Positions 38,213 through 45,277 of a DNA stretch of 64,000 nucleotides are shown in pieces. A program made the position numbers and the translations under genes. Each line of letters begins with the position of its first letter. Within the stretch, counting starts at the first letter, position 1. The stretch is from an uncultured Bacilli bacterium (lineage in GTDB: Bacteria > Bacillota_I > Bacilli_A > RF39 > UBA660), in assembly GCA_934096715.1 (NCBI GenBank), contig CAKOMQ010000003.1:5721-69720 (forward strand), read 5' to 3'. The notes under the pieces were generated by a model that was given only the letters and a program-made list of their open reading frames with translations, had not been told where the DNA came from and did no database searches.

Positions 38213-39186
38213 TATTTATTTTTTCTCCTTCTTTTTATTATCAAAAAACCTACAACCCCAATAATTATAGCAATAATAGACACAGTTAAGATAATTAGTT
38301 TTTTATTACTTTTATTTTCTTTAATATCTTTTTTAACTACTACTTTACTTTCTTTTTTCTCTTCTTCTTTTCTAGTTACATGAATAGTATAAACTCTTTC
38401 TGTTTTATTCTCAGAAGTTACAGTTAATTTAATATCATTAACTCCTACATTTAGTGTATAATCTCCTGTACCCTTAATAGTAGCTTTGCTATTTTCTAAA
38501 GTAGCACCTACATTTATTTTATCGATTTTATAATCAACTTCTAAAGTATATTCTAAAGTTTCTTTTTTAAAATCAATGTTACCAGTACTTAATGTAATAC
38601 TTTTTATATAATTATTATCTGACTTAGTAGTCACTTTCTTTGTTGTAGAAGTAGTTTTATTATTAGTTGTAGTATTAGTATTACCTGCCGGTGTTTTAGG
38701 GGCATCATCTAAATAAATATAACCAATCACATTTTCTGCAGGATCATATTCACAAGCAGATTTTTTCATATTATTTTTACATTCTCTTAAAGTACTTTCA
38801 TCTACAGAATTGTCATAACAATAATTTTCATCTTCTTTTGAAATACATTCTTGATCAGAGTCCCATACATATATTTTTCCATCTCTTACACTTTCTACAT
38901 AACCAACATGTCCATAACTAGTAATATTCCAAACTACTACTGAATTAGCTCTGGGAGCTGTACCAACACTATAACCTGCATTTCTAGCAGATTCATACCA
39001 AGTTCTAGCATTTCCCCAAGTTGGCAATGCAACTCCTGCTCTTTCATAGGCTTTAGCCCAAGTATACCAAGTACAGTTTGTTCCATAAGGACCAGCTTGT
39101 TTATATGGGTTAGAAGCCGCTAAAGTATTACTAACTCCTATATACATAAACAATATTATTAAAATAAATCTTTTTATAATTTTCAT
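38212..39186 (-). CDS. CHAP-domain amidase/peptidase with cadherin-like beta-sandwich domain and C-terminal TM anchor
   Basis: Likely start MKIIKRFILIILF (signal). CHAP Cys/His: GTNCTWYTWAKAY...SYGHVGYVESV. Also a cadherin-like module (IKSITLSTGNIDF...YTIHVTRK), a K-rich linker and a TM. Confidence 0.65.
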   Translation of the reverse strand: MKIIKRFILIILFMYIGVSNTLAASNPYKQAGPYGTNCTWYTWAKAYERAGVALPTWGNARTWYESARNAGYSVGTAPRANSVVVWNITSYGHVGYVESVRDGKIYVWDSDQECISKEDENYCYDNSVDESTLRECKNNMKKSACEYDPAENVIGYIYLDDAPKTPAGNTNTTTNNKTTSTTKKVTTKSDNNYIKSITLSTGNIDFKKETLEYTLEVDYKIDKINVGATLENSKATIKGTGDYTLNVGVNDIKLTVTSENKTERVYTIHVTRKEEEKKESKVVVKKDIKENKSNKKLIILTVSIIAIIIGVVGFLIIKRRRKNK

Positions 39187-39246
39187 AATCTCATCCTTCT
39201 CCATATCTATTATAATCGAGTGTTTCTTAATAAGCAATACTTCCAA

Positions 39247-39660
39247 GTTCTTTAATCTTTTTATACATTATAATTTCATTCCATGCTTACTCTATTAAAC
39301 TTTTAAACATAAGATTTTTAGCTACATCACTAAATTCTAATTTATAAAGCATTTCACTTTTAAATCTTTCCTTACTACCTTGGCTTATGATTTTCTTATA
39401 AGTTTTCCATTCTCTATTTTTTAAATACATAAGGAATTATTTTTAACTATAAATGGTTCTAACTAATTTAATATAAGCATCCATATATTCATAATGCCTA
39501 GAATTTAATGAATCTTCTAACATTAATGATGTAATAATAATACTTTCTATATTACTTTTACCAAATTCAACTACTAAAATATTACTTGCTTCACATAAAA
39601 CTTCGTTATCATTTCTAATAGAGTCCCATAACTCATAAACTATCTCCCAAATACTAGGTA
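39247..39660 (-). pseudogene. Possible decayed gene remnant
   Basis: One minus-strand frame reads ...PSIWEIVYELWDSIRNDNEVLCEASNILVVEFGK...LVRTIYS*K*FLMYLKNREWKTYKK...FKSLIE*. It has no canonical start and two in-frame TAA codons. Confidence 0.3.
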
Positions 39661-40542
39661 TTATTTCTTTTTCTTTATAAGTCTATAGCTGCCATATCCT
39701 AAACCACCTACAATACCTATGGTAATAACATTATCAATAATAGCGGAACCATTAGTTTCATCAGCTTTATTTACTATAAGAGTATAAGTTTTTTTAGTGC
39801 CATCTTCTGCTGTTACTTCAAAAATGACAGAGTTTTTACCATCTTTTAAATTTTTATCACCAGTAACAAATAGATTAGCATTAACATCCTCTAGTTCATA
39901 TTTATAGTTAAGATTAATCATGCTTGTAGGCAAATTTATTTCAGCAGTATCATTTTCAAATGTAATTTCTTTATTATCAACGTATATTTTAACATTTGTA
40001 TTTTTACTTAAATCTTTTCTTGTAACATTTAATACATAATTTTTTGAATTACCATTTTCAGCTGTAACAATAATATTTACAGTATTATCTCCAATAACTA
40101 AAGTACTTTTATCTATCTTATAAGTTGCTTTAGAATCATTTAATTCAACTTTTATATCAACAGTACTTTTTGAAGTTTGATATGTCATAATATCATTAAC
40201 ATCTATTTGATTATTATCAACAATAATAGATTTAATAGAATTATCACTACTTTTAGCTACTGTTTTTTTAATAGTTGGAGTGTTATTAGTAATTTGATTA
40301 TTTGATTCAACTTTAGAAGAACTATTAATCATACTCCCATCTGCATTAAAAACTTGTCCTAAAGAATTAGTATAGGTATTACCACTATGACAATGATATT
40401 CATCTTGATTCAATCCCCATCTAGCACAATTAGTTCTGCAATAATGACAACCATTGCTGTCAGTTCTTCCAGGATGAGCAAACGTGTTATAAGGACATAA
40501 AATCACACATAAAATTGTTATAACAAATAAATCTTTCTTCAT
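39661..40542 (-). CDS. YHYH-domain protein with two cadherin-like beta-sandwich domains and C-terminal TM anchor
   Basis: Signal peptide; HPGRTDSNGCHYCRTNCARWGLNQDEYHCH (YHYH-type metal-binding motif). Two modules end in YVLNVTRK and YTLIVNK. TM segment ITIGIVGGLGYGSY. Confidence 0.65.
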   Translation of the reverse strand: MKKDLFVITILCVILCPYNTFAHPGRTDSNGCHYCRTNCARWGLNQDEYHCHSGNTYTNSLGQVFNADGSMINSSSKVESNNQITNNTPTIKKTVAKSSDNSIKSIIVDNNQIDVNDIMTYQTSKSTVDIKVELNDSKATYKIDKSTLVIGDNTVNIIVTAENGNSKNYVLNVTRKDLSKNTNVKIYVDNKEITFENDTAEINLPTSMINLNYKYELEDVNANLFVTGDKNLKDGKNSVIFEVTAEDGTKKTYTLIVNKADETNGSAIIDNVITIGIVGGLGYGSYRLIKKKK

Positions 40543-40619
40543 TCTAATCTCACCACAAATAAATTATACCACATTTATCTTATTAAAAAATATTAATTAA
40601 ATTAAAAAGTAGCAGTTAT

Positions 40620-41093
40620 TTATCTGCTACTAAATCTATTTTTAGGCGATCTAATTCTTATCATTTCTGAATCATCACTAGAAAATACTGGATCATCTAA
40701 ACCATTTACTCTACAAACTAGTTTAGCCATCTTATTAATTACTTCTTCATCATAATTTTCCAATATTTCAAACATTAATGATTCATCAAAAGCAATAATT
40801 GATTTTGTTTTTCCAACGCCATTTACAAGTCTTAATAACCCAAGTGCTTGAGCCATCATAAGAGCTGTATCTAAATCCATATAATTGCTCTCTGGAAACA
40901 TTTTATCCTTCACAGGGAGTATATCTTCAAATAGTTCTTTAAACTCATCATCTAAATATAATTCATATAATTTTCTTTTAAAATCTTCATGTACTATAAT
41001 CGAGGAACAACTATAACCAAAATTTAACGCACAATAAAGTTCTATAAAATCAAACTTACTAAATTTAACATCTTCAGCATTTTCTTTAATCAT
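40620..41093 (-). CDS. Hypothetical acidic protein with basic tail ...MIRIRSPKNRFSSR
   Basis: 157-aa ORF, translationally coupled to 41111-41680 (GGAAAGGATGG SD). The last codons form the terminator stem. Confidence 0.5.
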   Translation of the reverse strand: MIKENAEDVKFSKFDFIELYCALNFGYSCSSIIVHEDFKRKLYELYLDDEFKELFEDILPVKDKMFPESNYMDLDTALMMAQALGLLRLVNGVGKTKSIIAFDESLMFEILENYDEEVINKMAKLVCRVNGLDDPVFSSDDSEMIRIRSPKNRFSSR

Positions 41094-41110
41094 AATATTA
41101 CCATCCTTTC

Positions 41111-41680
41111 CTACCTTGAATATTCATTTTCTTCTTGTTCATCAACCCAATGTATATTCTCAAAATTCATACTTAACTTATCATATATACTATGTACTTC
41201 TTCTAAAGTAACACCTTCTTTATACCAATTAAAATACTTTTTATATAATTCGCTTCTTTTAAATAGTAATAATCTACCTGTAACCGTGAATAAATCTAAT
41301 ACTTTATTATCATCTGATTCTTCGACTCTTGAAAAACCAAATCGTTCTAAATCTATTGCTTTATCTAATGTAAGAACTGATTTTAAAGAACAAGGTTCAA
41401 TGTCGTTTCTTTCTTCGATAAAATCTGTTAAATAAGATAACACTTTAAATGCATCTTCTCTAGACATCCCATTAGGTAATTTAAAAGGTTTACAAGGCCA
41501 ATCTATTACACCTACATTACTATCCTTATTACCATCATATTCATCAATCCTATGATAGTTAATAAAATGTAATCTATATATATTTTGATTCTCAACTTCA
41601 TGATCTTCTAAATCAACTTGAAATTCATAATCTCTTGTAAACTTTTCATTAATCTTTGTAAACATATTTTTTAAAGCCAT
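41111..41680 (-). CDS. Hypothetical acidic protein (ends ...EQEENEYSR)
   Basis: 189-aa ORF with an AAGGAG SD and its own consensus promoter. Confidence 0.5.
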   Translation of the reverse strand: MALKNMFTKINEKFTRDYEFQVDLEDHEVENQNIYRLHFINYHRIDEYDGNKDSNVGVIDWPCKPFKLPNGMSREDAFKVLSYLTDFIEERNDIEPCSLKSVLTLDKAIDLERFGFSRVEESDDNKVLDLFTVTGRLLLFKRSELYKKYFNWYKEGVTLEEVHSIYDKLSMNFENIHWVDEQEENEYSR

Positions 41681-41722
41681 TACAACAACTTACTCCTTTT
41701 TTTTAAACTTATCTTACCGAAT

Positions 41723-41751
41723 ATTATAATAAAACATTATTCTCATTTCAA
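41723..41751 (-). promoter_or_regulatory. Consensus sigma-A promoter for 41111-41680
   Basis: Minus strand: TTGAAA (41751-41746), 17 nt, TATAAT (41728-41723). The -35 overlaps the def 3' end. Confidence 0.6.
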
Positions 41752-42330
41752 GTATTTAACTACTAAACCATCTTCATATTCACATGTTTTAGATATTATT
41801 TCATAAGGATGTTCTAATCTGAATAATTTTCTTTCTTCTGGTGCCATATTAAGAATTTCTTCAGCAATATCCATATGAAGTATTCCGTCTAAATGATCTA
41901 ACTCATGAGATAAAACGGTTGCAGAAAAGCCTTCAAATGTATCTTCATGTAAATTTTTATCTTCATCATAGTATTTTACTACAAGTTGATATGGTCTATT
42001 TACCAGCCCCATATTATCTAAACAACTTAAACAAGCTTCCCAATATCTGGTATGGCCTTTTTTTGATATAGCAACTGGATTAATTAATACAACTGATTCA
42101 TTGTAATCCTTATTTTCAAGTGGTACATCTAGTCTTGTATTTTTTAAGTATATAATTCTTTTAGGAATACCTATTTGTACTGCAGCCAATGCAAAGCACT
42201 CTGTTTCAAGACAAAATTCTTCTAATAAGTTTATATCTTCTTTATAAGATTTATTTTTTAAATCAACAGACTCAGAAATTTGCCTTAAGTATTTCTCATC
42301 ATTTAAAATAGTTTTTCTTTTAATTTCCAT
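41743..42330 (-). CDS. def: Peptide deformylase
   Basis: Motifs GLAAVQIG-like (ALAAVQIGIPKR), EACLS and HELDHLDG. Confidence 0.85.
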   Translation of the reverse strand: MEIKRKTILNDEKYLRQISESVDLKNKSYKEDINLLEEFCLETECFALAAVQIGIPKRIIYLKNTRLDVPLENKDYNESVVLINPVAISKKGHTRYWEACLSCLDNMGLVNRPYQLVVKYYDEDKNLHEDTFEGFSATVLSHELDHLDGILHMDIAEEILNMAPEERKLFRLEHPYEIISKTCEYEDGLVVKYLK

Positions 42331-42541
42331 AATAATTTCTCCCTATATTATTATCTTTTAGTATTTCAACAAAAATAATAATCTTATTATTGTAAGTAAA
42401 TATTCAATTTCAACCATAACTATATTCCCGACATAACCACCGTCATCATAAACTATTATATTTTCAGATTCTAAACAGTAGTCAATAAAGTTAGAATCAA
42501 TTATTAATTTATTTCAATATATAAAGAGACAAATGTTTTAT

Positions 42542-43483
42542 TTATCTACTACATCTGTTTTTAGGCTGTCTAATTCGTATCAGGTCATCACCAGAAAATT
42601 CTTGAGTACCTAATTCATCAACTAAATGATTACAAACTTCCAACCCAGAAGAACATATTGAATTAAACTCTATTATATCAATTACTTCTTTATCATCCAT
42701 TAATACCTGCCCTACATCCAAAACATAACTGCTTGGAAAATTTGGTACAGACGCAATTCTCTTAATTTGGTTTTCGATAAACATCCTAACTTCGTTTGGA
42801 ATCTCAGTTGGATAATCAATATAAGATCTAGAAATGCTTAATAAAGTATTATTCAAAACAAATACTCGGTATTCTTTACAATCCATATCATTTTCCACAT
42901 CTTCAATTGGTTCAAAAACGTCAGAAAGAAAAATAGAATCCTTTGAAGATATATTCCACAATGGCGGATTTGTTACAAAATATTTTTTGTCTTCTAAATC
43001 TACATATCCAAAATATTTTAGAACACAATGATTTTGACTTTTTTCTACAGTTTTCAAAAAGATTTTTTTAAAAAATAACCTATATTTTTCAGAATTATTT
43101 TGGAAGTCTTCATAAGTTGTTTGTATAATTCTTCTGTGTACAGGTTGAATTTTTTGCGGCCAATTAGTAATTATTTTTAAATCTTCACTAGTTTGAATAC
43201 TTAGCGCACCATTTTCCTCTAACTGACTTAAAAGTTCCTTTTCAGTTGATATAAAACTTCGTGGAAATATAACTTTACCTCTAACGTTTATTTCTCTACC
43301 ATCCTTGTAAAATTTTTCAGTGGTTCTATCAAATACTATTAACATATCACTCGTTTTAGCATCATCCATCAATTCTTGTTCCTTAGTTTTTATCCAAATA
43401 GTATTCTCGTCATCATTTTCACTTACATTATAATCTGTCATTCCTAAACAAGGAACACTAAAACAAAAATAATCAATTTTCAA
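42542..43483 (-). CDS. ATP-grasp-like protein (DUF4343-type) with basic tail ...LIRIRQPKNRCSR
   Basis: 313-aa ORF with a TTG start after a GGAGTGA SD. KEYRVFVLNNTLLSISRSY and VLDVGQV...VIDIIEFNSICSSGL resemble the C-terminal half of ATP-grasp folds. Confidence 0.5.
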   Translation of the reverse strand: MKIDYFCFSVPCLGMTDYNVSENDDENTIWIKTKEQELMDDAKTSDMLIVFDRTTEKFYKDGREINVRGKVIFPRSFISTEKELLSQLEENGALSIQTSEDLKIITNWPQKIQPVHRRIIQTTYEDFQNNSEKYRLFFKKIFLKTVEKSQNHCVLKYFGYVDLEDKKYFVTNPPLWNISSKDSIFLSDVFEPIEDVENDMDCKEYRVFVLNNTLLSISRSYIDYPTEIPNEVRMFIENQIKRIASVPNFPSSYVLDVGQVLMDDKEVIDIIEFNSICSSGLEVCNHLVDELGTQEFSGDDLIRIRQPKNRCSR

Positions 43484-43515
43484 AAAAATATCACTCCAAT
43501 ACTATCTTATTTTTT

Positions 43516-43551
43516 ATTTAAACTAAAACTCGGACTACTAAAGCCCGAGTT
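43516..43551 (-). terminator. Terminator after the tRNA pair
   Basis: AACTCGG-11 nt-CCGAGTT hairpin followed by a T-rich tract on the minus strand. Confidence 0.5.
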
Positions 43552-43563
43552 CTTCATCTAATT

Positions 43564-43648
43564 TGGTGCGAGTAAAGGGACTCGAACCCCCACGGATCTC
43601 TCCACTAGATCCTAAGTCTAGCGCGTCTACCAATTCCGCCATACTCGC
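43564..43648 (-). tRNA. tRNA-Leu (anticodon TAG)
   Basis: Reverse complement GCGAGTA...CTTAGGA...long variable arm...GGTTCGAGTCC...TACTCGCACCA. It folds as a type II cloverleaf with an encoded CCA. Confidence 0.9.
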
Positions 43649-43655
43649 AATTTTA

Positions 43656-43732
43656 TGGTGGACCTCGTAGGACTCGAACCTACGACCGCCCGGTTATGAG
43701 CCGGATGCTCTAACCAACTGAGCTAGAGGTCC
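43656..43732 (-). tRNA. tRNA with CAT anticodon (elongator Met or lysidine-dependent Ile2; not initiator-like)
   Basis: Reverse complement GGACCTCTAGCTCAGTTGGTTAGAGCATCCGGCTCATAACCGG...GGTTCGAGTCC...GAGGTCCACCA. The 1-72 pair is Watson-Crick and there is no GGG/CCC anticodon stem. Confidence 0.85.
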
Positions 43733-43743
43733 ATCTGCAATTA

Positions 43744-43772
43744 ATTATACTATAATAAAATATGACTTTCAA
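43744..43772 (-). promoter_or_regulatory. Consensus promoter of the tRNA pair
   Basis: Minus strand: TTGAAA (43772-43767), 17 nt, TATAAT (43749-43744). Confidence 0.65.
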
Positions 43773-43806
43773 GTACTTTTGATTAACTTTTACCTTAATT
43801 TTTTTT

Positions 43807-43846
43807 TTTTTGAAAAAAGGATCAACCTATTATTGATCCTTTTTTT
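43807..43846 (-). terminator. Terminator overlapping the prsA stop codon
   Basis: GGATCAA-TAATAGG-TTGATCC hairpin followed by T6 on the minus strand. Confidence 0.6.
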
Positions 43847-44858
43847 CAGTACTAGTTTTCATTAAATTATTTAAATAAGTTCTATAAGCACTTTCAAGTT
43901 CACTATCAACTATATTTAAATTGTATAACTTATGATAATATTTGAATGTATTAACAGCAAAATTTTGATCACTAGCCATAACTTGTTCTGCTAGTTTATC
44001 TTTAATTTTATCTTTAACATCATCAAGTTTTACTTTATCATTAGTTTTATTTCTATAAACAATATGATATCCAAGTTCAGTTGTAACAACCTTAGAATAT
44101 ACTTCTCCATCTTTTATTGAATATGCAACATCTACTAATTCATCATATTGACTACTTAAAGTAAACTTATTAATACTACCAAGTTTTCCACCATCTTTTT
44201 TAGTATCTTCATCTTCTGATTTTTCTTTAGCTAACTTTTTAAAAGTATCAAACTTATTACTTGAAGAATTAATTTCTTTTAATATTTCTTCAGCTTCTTT
44301 CATAGCTTTATCTTTAGCTTTAGTTTTTTCAGTTTCACTCATACTATCCTTTACATCAGGTGTTATTAATATATGATAAACTTCTATACTCTCTTTTACA
44401 TCATTATCATAGTATTTTTCAATTTGTTTATCAGTTACTTGAGATTTAGCATATTCTTCAATAGCATGTTTTTGTAAATAAGATAAATAAATTGAATTTA
44501 AATACTCTTCTTCTGTCCTATAATCAGTATTTTTCTTAATAGCATTTAAGAATTCTTCATTAGTATCAAAACTATTTTTAATACCTTTTAAATAACTATT
44601 TGCATAATCTTTAGCAGTTTTCTTATAGTCTTTAAATTCTGTTTCATATATATAAGTATCAATCATACTTATGACTTCATCAAAACCATATTTATCCTTT
44701 AATACTTGATATAAATCATCTGCAGTAATATTATGCTTCTCATCTTTATTAATAGTTACAATTGCTTCCTTTCCATCCTTAGTAGTAGGAATTGTACCAC
44801 AACCTGTTAATAATACTAAACTAGCTAACCCTAAACCAATTATTTTTGTCTTTTTCAT
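43830..44858 (-). CDS. prsA: Foldase lipoprotein PrsA (PpiC-type peptidyl-prolyl isomerase)
   Basis: Lipobox LLTGC. The parvulin domain spans VYHILITPDV...GGKLGSINK...GYHIVYR. Confidence 0.8.
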   Translation of the reverse strand: MKKTKIIGLGLASLVLLTGCGTIPTTKDGKEAIVTINKDEKHNITADDLYQVLKDKYGFDEVISMIDTYIYETEFKDYKKTAKDYANSYLKGIKNSFDTNEEFLNAIKKNTDYRTEEEYLNSIYLSYLQKHAIEEYAKSQVTDKQIEKYYDNDVKESIEVYHILITPDVKDSMSETEKTKAKDKAMKEAEEILKEINSSSNKFDTFKKLAKEKSEDEDTKKDGGKLGSINKFTLSSQYDELVDVAYSIKDGEVYSKVVTTELGYHIVYRNKTNDKVKLDDVKDKIKDKLAEQVMASDQNFAVNTFKYYHKLYNLNIVDSELESAYRTYLNNLMKTSTEKKDQ

Positions 44859-44985
44859 TATGTTCCTCCCTTAACATATATAATTATAACATACTTCCCT
44901 AAAAAAAACACAATAAATAGCACTCACACTTAATTAAAACAATCATTTAATATAAATGAAAAGACAAATAAAGGAGGAATGATTT

Positions 44986-45072
44986 ATGTGTTGTGGAAAT
45001 AACGGAATAGGCGCTGCTATTATACTAGTACTATTTATACTATTAATAATCATTGTAGGAGCATATATTTAG
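44986..45072 (+). CDS. Tiny hydrophobic peptide, YjcZ-like (sporulation-associated family)
   Basis: 28 codons, MCCGNNGIGAAIILVLFILLIIIVGAYI, with a perfect AAAGGAGG SD 8 nt upstream. Absent from the ORF track because it is short. Confidence 0.6.
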   Translation: MCCGNNGIGAAIILVLFILLIIIVGAYI

Positions 45073-45095
45073 TCTTTATATAAAGGAGGTTAATT

Positions 45096-45224
45096 ATGGC
45101 ATGTTGTAAAAAAGAAGTACCACAAAACAATGAATGTAATAATTTCAGTGGTAACTACTTCTTCATAGTTTTAATATTATATATACTACTCGCTATTGTT
45201 ATTGGCGGAAGTTTATTTTACTAA
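45096..45224 (+). CDS. Tiny Cys-rich/hydrophobic peptide, paralogue-like of 44986-45072
   Basis: 42 codons, MACCKKEVPQNNECNNFSGNYFFIVLILYILLAIVIGGSLFY, with an AAAGGAGG SD, followed by a terminator. Confidence 0.55.
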   Translation: MACCKKEVPQNNECNNFSGNYFFIVLILYILLAIVIGGSLFY

Positions 45225-45225
45225 A

Positions 45226-45256
45226 GATAGGAAGCTTAAATGCTTCCATCTTTTTT
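45226..45256. terminator. Bidirectional terminator between the small peptide genes and rpoC
   Basis: GGAAGC-TTAAAT-GCTTCC hairpin (extendable) followed by T6. Confidence 0.7.
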
Positions 45257-45277
45257 AAATAACAAAAAAGATACTGA

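Noticed and set aside
42350-42520. About 50-codon minus-strand frame (NKLIIDSNFIDYCLESENIIVYDDGGYVGNIVMVEIEY...) between the ATP-grasp-like gene and def.
   Set aside because: It has no canonical start codon or SD and no recognisable family. It is possibly a gene remnant but is too weak to list as a feature.
43484-43732. tRNA-targeted integrative element (prophage/ICE) next to tRNA-Leu.
   Set aside because: No integrase, recombinase or phage structural genes are present, and I found no direct repeat of the tRNA 3' end in the window. Only the weaker hot-spot interpretation is retained.
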